Shown: positions 10,672 to 21,109 of the stretch, piece by piece
Numbering within the stretch: position 1 is the first letter of the stretch
How the letters are laid out: every line of letters starts with the position of its first letter
Assembly (NCBI GenBank): GCA_000165345.1
Contig: CM000430.1
Location: 320,001-384,000, forward strand
Direction of reading: 5' to 3'
Length of the DNA: 64,000 bases
Made by a program: the position numbers and the translations under genes
Notes under the pieces: model-generated
Seen by the model: the letters and a program-made list of their open reading frames with translations, nothing else
Databases searched by the model: none
What the model was told of the DNA's origin: nothing

Positions 10672-10681
10672 AGCGGGGGGG
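10672..10681. promoter_or_regulatory. G-rich GCGGGGGGG(A)n element about 40 bp upstream of the ORC4 start
   Basis: AGCGGGGGGGAAAAAAA on the plus strand, TTTTTTTCCCCCCCGCT in ORC4 sense. It resembles an extended E2F-type GCGGGAAA site. It is the only strong G-run in this intergenic region. Confidence 0.3.
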
Positions 10682-10721
10682 AAAAAAATTTTCGAACATG
10701 AACAAAAAAAAAGAATTACAT

Positions 10722-12320
10722 TTACCTAATATTAGTATACAAAGTAAGTGAGAACATAGGTATTGTTGCGTTGTCAATATAGTGAGAATATGCTTCTAGT
10801 AATGATGAAAAAAAGCTAATTATATATAATTTTGATAATGAATATTTACTTGAAGAAAAAAAGCAAGTTAGTTGCAGATACGAATATGTTGATATAAAAA
10901 ATGCAATCATTCCAATAAATGTTTTGTCTTTGTTCCCAGGTAAAGACATTTTCCCAAATAATATTCCAAAAATAGCGGAAAATGCATCTCCTACTCCTAC
11001 TGTTGCAATTCCTAAAGTTGCGGAAACGATGTCAAAATCTTGAATATCTTTTCTTAGTAGAAACTCCTTGAAAATTGGAATAGAAATCCCAACCAGCAAG
11101 CAAATATGGGTAATAATCAAATCGTTTATGCTATCTTTATTATCCAAAAAAGGTAACAATAATTTATTTATTAATTTTGTTAATTCTCTGTAACGGTATT
11201 TTCTCATAACCTCTAAATAAATGAAAATGCACGAGGCTAAATAGATGGAAATGACTGTGAATTCAATCGTTCCTTGAGACTCTTTAGTAGGCATTATATT
11301 AAATGATAATATTTGGGGAAAAAAGAGTGCGATTAAAAATAGATGAAAGATTTTCCGTGTAAATATTTTTTTTTTTTTTGAATCTGAGCTTAAGTTTACT
11401 ATTAGCTTAAACATAATTGGCAAGCAAAATATTACTAAAACCCAATAAATTATCAATGTTCTGATTTGAGAAGATTCAATAATCATCTTTAGAATGAAAG
11501 TAGAGACTTTATGGATATATTTGGCTGTATTATAGAGAGATAGGTATAATATACTCAATGCAGCAATTGTTAAATATTTAGAAAAACTTTTAATCTTAGA
11601 TTTGTCTTCTAATGGTATCTTTCTATAATTTAGCGTCATTTCAAATATGATGATGTTTACTGGAATCAGCAATATAGCAATGGCAGTTATACTATTAATG
11701 CATTGCTTCCATTCGAATATCGAATTTAAGATGTTTGCTTTAAAATTCGACAATGAAATTAAAAGCAGAAATGAAATTAATTGAGAAAAAATATTCAATT
11801 CACCAAATTGAGTACATTGGCCTCCTCCGCTTACAGAACTTAATGAAAGTTGTAATAAAGCCAGATGATATATAATTGCGCAAAATTCAATCCTAATAAT
11901 TTGATATTGATATTTATCTAAAACAATAAATAAGAAAAACAATGCAAATATTGTTATCTTAAAAAATAATGGCCACTTTTTTGAAAAAACAAAATTGTTT
12001 GCCTTATAAATAACCATACTTGATATTGAAATACAAATTGAAAATAAATTTACCGAATGATTTGAAATGGATTCGAAGCTCTTTTCACAATTCGCAATGG
12101 AAAGAAGGAGTAAAGGAAATGATAAGTTGTGAATAAAGTAAAAATGGGTATCATTTTTAATATTTACATTTAATTCCAGAAAAAGGCTCATAATACCTGT
12201 AATAAGCAATGTAAACAAGCTTAAAATAATGTTGTAATAGATTTTAGCTTCATTGAAATTAAGAGTTAAAACCAACGAGCTAAAAAGAATAATATCTATT
12301 AAGTGAAAAGTATTAACCAT
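10722..12320 (-). CDS. DOLK: Dolichol kinase (CTP-dependent, SEC59/DOLK family)
   Basis: Polytopic membrane protein. The C-terminal catalytic region VGVGDAFSAIFGILFGKMSLPGNKDKTFIGMIAFFIS...SSLLEAYSHYIDNATIPMF is collinear with human DOLK [35 protein letters not shown]...VSLLEAYTTQIDNLLLPLY. Confidence 0.75.
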   Translation of the reverse strand: MVNTFHLIDIILFSSLVLTLNFNEAKIYYNIILSLFTLLITGIMSLFLELNVNIKNDTHFYFIHNLSFPLLLLSIANCEKSFESISNHSVNLFSICISISSMVIYKANNFVFSKKWPLFFKITIFALFFLFIVLDKYQYQIIRIEFCAIIYHLALLQLSLSSVSGGGQCTQFGELNIFSQLISFLLLISLSNFKANILNSIFEWKQCINSITAIAILLIPVNIIIFEMTLNYRKIPLEDKSKIKSFSKYLTIAALSILYLSLYNTAKYIHKVSTFILKMIIESSQIRTLIIYWVLVIFCLPIMFKLIVNLSSDSKKKKIFTRKIFHLFLIALFFPQILSFNIMPTKESQGTIEFTVISIYLASCIFIYLEVMRKYRYRELTKLINKLLLPFLDNKDSINDLIITHICLLVGISIPIFKEFLLRKDIQDFDIVSATLGIATVGVGDAFSAIFGILFGKMSLPGNKDKTFIGMIAFFISTYSYLQLTCFFSSSKYSLSKLYIISFFSSLLEAYSHYIDNATIPMFSLTLYTNIR

Positions 12321-12575
12321 TTCGTATTAATTCCAACTTGAAAACATTGATTCATTGGTTTCTGTATTTTAAACTTGTTTTAGGGATATGTTCATCTTTA
12401 TATTTATGCAAAAAGAAAATGCCAATTTTAGCAATTTTAATATAATGGAATTAAACTGTTAACGCACAAATATTTGGCGCACTATATATTTTATTTTTGA
12501 ACTTGTAATGAGTAAACAGTATTAAGTTTAGAATAATTCATTTTTAAAATTTAGACCATAAAACTTAATTCCATA

Positions 12576-13496
12576 ATGCTTTCATTTCTTTCCAGTATTA
12601 ATGCGTGTAACTTGGAACTTTCAATTAATCAAGATGTGGGAAGAAAATCTGCGCCACTTAGTAAAAATAAAAAGGGTGAAAAAGGGTTAATTTTTAGTGA
12701 TGGTGAGGATATAAGTGGAGTTGCAATAGTAGCCATCAAACCGGGAAGGAAGTTGGATCATCAGGGTATCAGAGTTGAAGTAATTGGGCAAATTGATGTA
12801 ATTTATGACCAATCTTCTTCTTATGATTTTTTCTCTATCACTAAGGATTTGGAGCCTTCAGGGAGTTTATTTGAAACAAAACAATACAAATGGAAATTTA
12901 ATGCGGTCGATAAACCATACGAAACATACTATGGAACAAATATTCAATTGAGATATTTCGTAAGACTTACAGTTCTTAGAGCATACGCAAGCAATATTGT
13001 TAAGGAAGTCGACTTCGTTGTACAAAATTTAAGCAATGGCATCCCTAGTTCTATTTCTGAAAAAAACAAAATTCAAGACGGAATCAAAATGGAAGTTGGT
13101 GTAGAAGGGTGCTTACATATTGAACTTGAATACGATAAGTCTACTTATCATTTAAAAGATGTAGTTATTGGTAAAGTTTATTTCTCAATAGTACGGCTAA
13201 AAATAAAATATATGGAGATTGATATTATAAGACTTGAAACTTGCGGATCTGGACCAACAGCAATAACTGAAACTGAAGTACTTTCTAAATTTGAAATAAT
13301 GGATGGTGCGCCTGCGAAGCAGGAGACAATTCCTCTAAGAATGTACTTATGCGGTTGTGACCTGACACCTACATATAAGAATTTGCAAAATAAACTTTCG
13401 GTTAGATACTTTCTGAATTTAATTATTGTTGATGAAGAAGACAGGAGATACTTTAAAAGGCAAGAGATTACACTTTGGAGAAAAAAACTCGGATAA
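12576..13496 (+). CDS. VPS26: Vacuolar protein sorting 26 (retromer subunit)
   Basis: [38 protein letters not shown] matches Vps26 GETVSGKVNVTLKKPGKKLEHQGIKIEFIGQIELYYDRGN. The 306-aa size fits. Confidence 0.85.
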   Translation: MLSFLSSINACNLELSINQDVGRKSAPLSKNKKGEKGLIFSDGEDISGVAIVAIKPGRKLDHQGIRVEVIGQIDVIYDQSSSYDFFSITKDLEPSGSLFETKQYKWKFNAVDKPYETYYGTNIQLRYFVRLTVLRAYASNIVKEVDFVVQNLSNGIPSSISEKNKIQDGIKMEVGVEGCLHIELEYDKSTYHLKDVVIGKVYFSIVRLKIKYMEIDIIRLETCGSGPTAITETEVLSKFEIMDGAPAKQETIPLRMYLCGCDLTPTYKNLQNKLSVRYFLNLIIVDEEDRRYFKRQEITLWRKKLG

Positions 13497-13960
13497 ACAT
13501 TTATTTTATACATTTTATATTATTAATCTTCTCAAAGATTATTTGAGTAATAAAAGCTAGCAAATAACCTGCATAATCAATTAATAAAGCTATTTTGGCA
13601 AATTAATTTAGGAGTAAAAACTGTTTTAACGTTCAAATTTGATTAATTTTAAACTTGTTAGATAAATTATCACTTTCATTAAATGAGATTCTGTTGGGCC
13701 AACTTAGATACCGCAAACTCTTTGAAGAGATGTACCACCTGATTATTGACTATAATTCTTTTTACATTGTGTTTATTTTCAAAGCCTAGTATAACTGTTA
13801 TTTTTTGACTTTATTTGTATAATATTTTCATCTGGAATTGAAAGATGTTAAATTTTATATGAAATTTAATTAAAACACTCAAACTTAGTGTTACGACTAA
13901 ATACTTTTATTGGCACATTGAGAAATTATATTGCTTTACTTTAGGCCTGAACTCGGAATT

Positions 13961-14326
13961 TTATTCTATTATTGTAATGTCAATAGTGTTTCGTCTTAGA
14001 GAATCCGGAAGATAATCAACTTTAGACTTATGGATCTGAAAGGATGGGGTTTGCCAATATCCGCAAGAGCACTTACCGCCAAACCAGCAATAATATCCCA
14101 ACTTTGAATCACAAGAACGATTTGGACAAGTTATCCTACCATTCTGCTCAGTATAGTCTTCCATCCATGAAGTATTTGAAATGAAGTATGATGTACATAA
14201 GTTATTTTCATCTTTAAGGTTGAATTCTTCGTTTCTTTCATTTAATTTGCCATGTTTAATAATATGATCTGTTGTAAATAACGTTGAACCACATTTCTTA
14301 CAGCGAAATACATACTTATTAGGCAT
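13961..14326 (-). CDS. Stand-alone zinc-ribbon protein resembling the C-terminal zinc-binding domain of YVH1/DUSP12 dual-specificity phosphatases
   Basis: YVFRCKKCGSTLF...CTSYFISNTSWME...ITCPNRSCDSKLGYYCWFGGKCSCGYWQTPSFQIHKSKVD matches the DUSP12 C-terminal domain as I recall it (LYRCRKCRRSLF...CTSYFIEPVQWME...CPKCSAKLGSFNWYGEQCSCGRWITPAFQIHKNRVD). No phosphatase domain is encoded within the 350 bp upstream. Confidence 0.55.
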   Translation of the reverse strand: MPNKYVFRCKKCGSTLFTTDHIIKHGKLNERNEEFNLKDENNLCTSYFISNTSWMEDYTEQNGRITCPNRSCDSKLGYYCWFGGKCSCGYWQTPSFQIHKSKVDYLPDSLRRNTIDITIIE

Positions 14327-14679
14327 GATATTATTTGCTATGATAACAACTAAATATATTAGATCAAAATAAAACGAAAATTATGATGGCTGTTCAAATA
14401 GATTAGATTTTAATTGTTGATTGCGCCAGGATTCAAAATGAAATTACACGCTTCAATCAGCATAATATTCTCATTTACCAACGTGTTATTAATAATTGCA
14501 TTAAAATTAAATTTACAAATTATTATATCTTTTTTTTCGCTTTTCCGAGATTATAAGGTATATTTTCCGCTGATTTTTTTTTTCGAAAGATAATAAAATT
14601 AGATTCAAAATAACTTAGTAGATTATAATACATAATAAATAAAAATAAATATTCAAGTCCCACTTAAATGTATTTGTGA

Positions 14680-16524
14680 ATGAATCTATATAATAACCCA
14701 CTTTTGGAGGTGCGCATTCCTCGTGTAGTAATAATTACTTTTGTTTTCATAATTTGGATTAGAAGAACAAATCAACAGGTAATTAATGCATGCACAATAG
14801 GAAATAATCCATGTACAGAAAATGCAGAATGCTATGTTGAGACTTTATTCATTGGCGCTCCCAAATGTAGATGCCCAAATGGTTTTCAGGGCGATGGATT
14901 AATAGGAGGCACTGGATGCCAGGATATTGATGAGTGCACAATGGGGATTCATACATGCGAGCCTAAAACTCAAAGGTGCATTAATACGATAGGGAGCTAT
15001 GAATGTGAGTGTCTGAGTGGTTTTAGAAAGCATGAACAACGTTTAAACGTGTGTGTTGATATTGATGAATGTATGGAATTAAGTGTTTGTCCTAGTTCCA
15101 CGTTGTGTATTAATACCGAAGGATCGTTTAAATGTGAATGTCTTGATAGAGAGCTAATATTTGATCAGGGAAGGTGCCGTCCCATCAATAAATGCACAGA
15201 TTTTAATGGAAGATTAAATGATTGTTCTCAAAATTGCGTTATGGGGAGTGACGGACGTGGAAAATGTGAATGTAACCCCGGATTTAAGTTGCATGAAGAT
15301 CGAAAAACATGTGTAGATATAAATGAATGCGAGGAAAATAACCCATGCGACCTTAGCATTTCGAGCTGTATAAATACCCCAGGTAGCTATATTTGTGACT
15401 GCTTTAAGTCTGCTGGGTATATGACATCCCCAATTAACAACAAAATATGCATTAATATAAATGAATGCGAGGAAGATCCAATGATATGTGGTGACCTAAA
15501 TATGTGTTGCAAAGATTTGGCTCCTCCAGACAAGTATGAATGCGTGTTTCCTAGTATTAATTCGGAAGTCATAAATAGAATCGACGTAAATAACCATTCA
15601 AAGGAGGGTATGAAAAATGTAGAAGGTGAACATAAAAATTTGGAAAACAACTCGAAATACATTCAAAATAATAAAATTTCAAGAAAATGGATTGAAACCA
15701 ATAAAGAATATGGTAATAATGCTGATTCGATTGAAAGTAATAATAATAGCGGTTGCTACGACTCAGATATTGAGTATCCAGGCTATACTATTCAAATTTT
15801 GCATTCATTAACAAGCGCATTTGATTGCCAATTACAATGCCAAGTAGACTTGGGATGTGACTTCTTCACCTATGATATGATGAATAGGGTATGTCTTTTT
15901 AAAGCAGCAAAGTCAGAACCAAAAGAATCTCCTGGGATGATTTCTGGTCCAAAGTATTGTAGTTATAAAAAGATAAACAAAAATAAGTTATTTCCGCTGG
16001 ATTCAGCTTCAAGCCAATCATCTCTTCTTCGTAGAATGTCTTCAAATAATAATTCAAATAAGTCAAATCAAATTTCTGACAACAAGTGTCCTCCTGGCTT
16101 TAACTTTGCATATGATATTTGGAGGAAACAAAAAAACAAAAAAACAATGGAAGTAATACAAAAACAATTTGGTACAAAACAGATGAATTCAATTAATCCC
16201 GTGGATATATCAGAAGGGTTGCAAAGCAATACTAATTTCATGGCAAACCAGATAAATCAATGGTATGATGTATTTTCAAACGTTCCAACCACATTTTCAA
16301 ACACAACAAAGCAGACAAATAAGCCTGTTCCCAAACTTGAATCATCCAACATTAATCCTGGATTTATTGCAGGAGGTATTCCTCCACCTCCAAGAGGTAC
16401 AAATTTTCCATACAATGAACATTACAAATTTAATCAATATCAAGACCAGAACAGTCAAATTCCTCATAAATATGGCCACAATACTCCCATATATGGAATG
16501 AAATCAGATAATTCAATTACGTGA
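14680..16524 (+). CDS. Secreted or type-I membrane protein with tandem calcium-binding EGF domains and a PAN/Apple domain
   Basis: N-terminal hydrophobic signal (VVIITFVFIIWI). At least 6 EGF repeats with DIDEC/DINEC Ca-binding starts. A PAN/Apple-like module follows (CYDSDIEYPGYTI...CQLQCQVDLGCDFFTYDMMNRVCLFK...YC). The C-terminal region is Asn/Gln/Pro-rich. Confidence 0.75.
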   Translation: MNLYNNPLLEVRIPRVVIITFVFIIWIRRTNQQVINACTIGNNPCTENAECYVETLFIGAPKCRCPNGFQGDGLIGGTGCQDIDECTMGIHTCEPKTQRCINTIGSYECECLSGFRKHEQRLNVCVDIDECMELSVCPSSTLCINTEGSFKCECLDRELIFDQGRCRPINKCTDFNGRLNDCSQNCVMGSDGRGKCECNPGFKLHEDRKTCVDINECEENNPCDLSISSCINTPGSYICDCFKSAGYMTSPINNKICININECEEDPMICGDLNMCCKDLAPPDKYECVFPSINSEVINRIDVNNHSKEGMKNVEGEHKNLENNSKYIQNNKISRKWIETNKEYGNNADSIESNNNSGCYDSDIEYPGYTIQILHSLTSAFDCQLQCQVDLGCDFFTYDMMNRVCLFKAAKSEPKESPGMISGPKYCSYKKINKNKLFPLDSASSQSSLLRRMSSNNNSNKSNQISDNKCPPGFNFAYDIWRKQKNKKTMEVIQKQFGTKQMNSINPVDISEGLQSNTNFMANQINQWYDVFSNVPTTFSNTTKQTNKPVPKLESSNINPGFIAGGIPPPPRGTNFPYNEHYKFNQYQDQNSQIPHKYGHNTPIYGMKSDNSIT

Positions 16525-16603
16525 TTCAAACACAAAATTTTACTAATAGATTTAAGATGGAAAAGCAGATTAAAGTCATAAAAAATTAATCGATTTAAAA
16601 AAT

Positions 16604-19192
16604 CTAAACAATCGAGTATATAGTATCTCCAGCAATCATAAGTCTATTTTCTTCTTCTAAGATCCGTAAAACTTCCTTTATATCCTTGTTAGTGATCATG
16701 AAATTATTCCCTTTCTCTTTTGATTTTGAGATAATATTTTTTAATAGTTCCTCCTCGAGCATCGCTTCAAGGCCTGATTCAGAAAATTGTTCTGCAATAC
16801 ATGAAGTAATGAATTTTTTCTTAAAATCAGCTAGCTCAAAATCTCCATGGTCAGTATTGCTTCCTTCTCTAAGAATATTTGCTGCAGCAAGAGCAACTTG
16901 GTGGCCACGAGCAGCAGACTCTTTACGGTTAATTTTTTCCCTACTGGGAGTGACAATTGAACTTGGAGGAGGAGCAATAATGCTATGTTCATTTTCTTCT
17001 AGAAAATTTAACTCGGGAGTTTTGCTTGGATGATTTGATCTTTGGTACTTTTTTTCTTCTCTCCTTTTATTCCTTGAATTATCTTCCTGTTGTAGTTCGT
17101 TTTCGATATCTTTCTCAAATACTACATTAAGCAGACTCTCTTTTTCAATAACTTCTCCAAACATTGCATAGCTGAGCAATTCAAATGCAATCAACACGTC
17201 TTCTGGGATTACAGAATCTCTCATCTTTAATTTTGAGTGTGCTGTCGCTAATCTAATTATCCCTTCAAGTGTACGAGTTGTGCAAGTGGTGCCACCCTTG
17301 CTTTGATTCATGCACTTAGCCCTTAATTCGGTAAAAATTCTCGCTACTAGCTCAGCTGCTTCATCGGTTAATTTTGGGGTATTTCTAACATATTTACAAT
17401 AATGAATATATTTCCTTAAAAATGACGTTGTTAATACTTTATCTTCAGATGAACCCTTTGAGTTATTTTGAGATCTCTTATCTGCTATTTTATTAGATAG
17501 AGGTTGCCAAATATCGTTCATCTCATTTTTCTCATTTGAATCATTATCTTTGTACTCAGGCTGTATAACAAAATTATTGTTTGCCTTATTTATTCTTGTA
17601 TCATTTATTGATGAATTCTTATTATATCTAACTTGTGCAAGAACTTGTGCAGCGATTTTTCGATCTTGCTGAGAGTTTCTAGAATCTTTTACAATAAATA
17701 TTAAATCAAACCTTGACAATAAAGAATCAGGAAAAGCAATTTGCCTGCTAAGTTCCATAAAGTCATCAAAATGGCCATATACTGGGTTTGCAGCTGCAAA
17801 AATAGAACATCTTGCATTCAGAGAAGCCTGTATTCCTGCCTTAGCAATAGTAACTCTCTGTTGTTCCATAACTTCGTGGATTGCAACCCTATCTGAAAAA
17901 CTCATTTTATCAAATTCATCAATACATACTATTCCTCTATCTGCTAATACTGTTGCTCCAGCTTCTAGTCTTCTTTCCTTTGTATCTGGATCATGAGTAA
18001 CTGCCGCAGTTAAGCCTACTCCTGAACAGCCCCTTCCTGTGGTACTAATTGCCAACGGAGCAATTGACATAACGAATCTTAACAATTGAGATTTACCACA
18101 AGAAGGTTCTCCTATTAACAATGTATGTATATCGCCCCTGATATGTGTTCCATTTTCAAGATTATGTTCTGCACCCCCTAATATCCCCAGCAATAAGCCT
18201 TTTTTAATGTATTCATGCCCACAAAGGGAGGATGCAAATGATCTTGACAAAATCTCAAAAGCGTCATCTCTATTTGAAATCTCTTTCATTATTCTTATTT
18301 CTTGAGGAGTTAATTCAGGAGAAGTAACATTTTTATTTAGTAATTGAATATTATTTGCAACAATTACAACCTTAAAAATTCCAGTTATTGCATTGTTTTC
18401 TCGTCTTGAAATTGGTTTGTAGACCCCCACAATCTTAACTCTATCCCCAGGCTTAATTGTCTCAACCAAATCATCTTCTGCTATTATTTCAATGCTCCTA
18501 GGTAGCTGCCCAGTAGGTATCATTTCAGGCAACTCCTGTAGTGTCATTTTTTGGGTATCTTTATATCTGCATAAGCCTATTTCCACCTCCATTTTGTTAC
18601 CTTGTCCATCTTCTGATGGAACGCCACTCTGAATATAACGATCTTTTATTAAGCAAGAAATATCGCGATGCCCTCTAACTTCGACAAAAGCCTGATTTGC
18701 TCCACCTGAAATATCATTTTGACCAATTAAATGGCCTTTGGAAATATGGACAGATTTAACTAATTTCGGTTTAACAATAGAGCATTGCGAAATTATACCT
18801 TCAACACAAACCATTTTGTTAATATTACTTGCAGTAAGGCCACGCGGCGTCAGATGATTACGTCCAAACCAACCACTGAACCCAACCCTCGCATTAAATT
18901 GTGAAGATTTTAATGGCGAATTTTTATCAATCTCTCTTTCTAGATCCACTAAATCTTTAATTACCTCTTCAAATGGGGATACATACAAGTAAGGCTCATT
19001 GATAATTTTCTGGGGAAGTTCATCACTTATCTTCCTTAAATCACCTAATTCTATAAGAATACGCCCTGACTCTATATTTTCAACTGCCATTTGCTTGATT
19101 TTGGACGAATATTCGTCATTACCTTGCAAAAAACTTTTATATACTTGAATAAGTTGCTCAGAGAGCTCGCTGTCTGAAAGACTACTAAGCAT
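16604..19192 (-). CDS. MCM3: DNA replication licensing factor MCM3
   Basis: MCM box [53 protein letters not shown]...[12 protein letters not shown] is collinear with human MCM3 [53 protein letters not shown]...[12 protein letters not shown]. Walker A [11 protein letters not shown]. Acidic Ser-rich C-terminus. Confidence 0.85.
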   Translation of the reverse strand: [862 protein letters not shown]

Positions 19193-19558
19193 CTTTAATA
19201 GATAATTCTATTCAGAATGTACGCACCTAGAACTGATTCTGAGTAGAATAACTTTTTTGCCACTTAAAATACTAGCTTGTTATAAATTAAAAAAAACATG
19301 AAGTGTGGGGAATCTTAAGTAGGCGCCCGATACAAAGTCAGAGTTGAAAACGAAGTGTAAAAAAAAAAAAAATCTATGAATACAACACATAATTTTGAAG
19401 GCTAACTCGCATAACACTTTATTAGACAAACGGTTTAACCCTATTCTATTTAAATACACAGTTTACATTATTTTATTATTAAGTAATGGCGATCTCTAAT
19501 GCTGTAAATCTGCAATTTTAGCCAAATTAGCAACATTTGGTCGTAAATTATCAATATT

Positions 19559-21109
19559 TTATGTATCCAATTCTTCTATATCTTCTATCTCTTTCATATG
19601 TTTGCTTATATCTTTTCTTTTGAACATCTCTTTTACATCTGTGTTACATAGAATTTGCTTATATATTGGTCCTATTGGATTATATTTAAAAGAATCAACC
19701 AGCCACGGATGTTTTAGTGCTTGCTGGCAAGATTGAATTCTTTTCTTTGGATCCCATTGTAAGAGCCTTATACATAGGTCTTGTGCTAAAGGAAAATCAG
19801 GTAAAGGCGGCGCGTCGAATTGAAATCCTCCTTGATCACTTATTACCTTTAGCACTTCCAAAGCTTTAGGGTAATCGCACATTAAGTCAATCCTAAGTGG
19901 AGGAATTCCTGTCATTAGTATATAGAGTATTATCCCTATACTCCATAGGTCTGAAGCTGCAGAATATTCACCTCCATTTAATACTTCGGGGGCAAGATAA
20001 CCGAATGTGCCAACTAGCCTCTTCTTCATCCTAATCATTTGTACGTGCGGTTTGCTATCCATTAGCTCGCAAGTGTCAAAATCAACCAGTACAACCTCAA
20101 AATACTCCTTAGAAGACTTTAATGAAAGGTGAGCAATACTTTCCTCTTTGCTTTTTATTTCTTGTCCTAATTTGTCATCGGTCCCTTCAAAAGTAGAAAA
20201 TGATGATGCTGACATTGGAGAATATGGTTTTTCCTCTCTTCTTTTGTATCTGAACATAATATTTTCAGGTTTTACATCACGATGAAGCATCTTTAAGCAA
20301 TGTAAATGGTTCACACTTTCTAATATTTGTCTAATAATATATTTACAAGTTTCTTCCGGAATAGCTTGCTCTGTAATTAAAAATTGAAAAAGTTCTCCGC
20401 CTTCCAAGCCTTCCATTACCAGATAAAAATTTTCCTCATCTTCAAGAACTTGGTAAATTTTCATTACATTAGGATGATATGGTAAATTTAATAATTTCAA
20501 ACATAGTTTTTTCCAAATTGAATAACTTCCGGGAAATGATGACATAATTCTAGTTTTTTTAACTACTTTTATAACAACTGGAAATCCTGTTGCAATATGC
20601 TTTGCCCAATAAAGTTTTGGACGATTATTATTCTCTCTTTCTGGGTTTCCATTCCCACTCACAGCGTTATCAGATTTATCTTGCGATCTTTTGTTGCTAT
20701 TAATTTTTGAAATTATTAAAAAATAGTCGTCTATTCTTACACCCAGTTTTGTTAAGTTAGCATAGCAGCCAAGGAGAGTATCAGGAGTAACATCAGAATA
20801 ATCTTTTTTATCAGAGCTTTTGATTGAGGAAATTTCATGTTCATGAATACGTTTAGTCTTTAGTCCCTTATTTATTATGGATTCATATTCATTTGATTCG
20901 ATTGACCTTTTTCGTGAAAAAGCTTTATCAGTATGAAACTTTTGATTTATACCATCTAGTAGCAATAAAAGTGGTTTCTCCTCACTTGTTACATATTTAT
21001 TGGATTCCTGGCAAGCACTAATGTTACTTCCGAAGTTATCATTAGTAAACAGGAATTTGTTATCTTTTAGTGCAAATGAGTTATTCCCCGAACCATTGCA
21101 TTTGGACAT
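19559..21109 (-). CDS. Ser/Thr protein kinase with a divergent N-lobe
   Basis: HRDVKPENIMF catalytic loop, VVIKVV (VAIK-like), GTFGYLAPEV activation segment, DLWSIGIILY. It has DFD where DFG is expected and no clear GxGxxG loop. About 190 aa of low-complexity N-terminal extension. Confidence 0.75.
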   Translation of the reverse strand: MSKCNGSGNNSFALKDNKFLFTNDNFGSNISACQESNKYVTSEEKPLLLLLDGINQKFHTDKAFSRKRSIESNEYESIINKGLKTKRIHEHEISSIKSSDKKDYSDVTPDTLLGCYANLTKLGVRIDDYFLIISKINSNKRSQDKSDNAVSGNGNPERENNNRPKLYWAKHIATGFPVVIKVVKKTRIMSSFPGSYSIWKKLCLKLLNLPYHPNVMKIYQVLEDEENFYLVMEGLEGGELFQFLITEQAIPEETCKYIIRQILESVNHLHCLKMLHRDVKPENIMFRYKRREEKPYSPMSASSFSTFEGTDDKLGQEIKSKEESIAHLSLKSSKEYFEVVLVDFDTCELMDSKPHVQMIRMKKRLVGTFGYLAPEVLNGGEYSAASDLWSIGIILYILMTGIPPLRIDLMCDYPKALEVLKVISDQGGFQFDAPPLPDFPLAQDLCIRLLQWDPKKRIQSCQQALKHPWLVDSFKYNPIGPIYKQILCNTDVKEMFKRKDISKHMKEIEDIEELDT

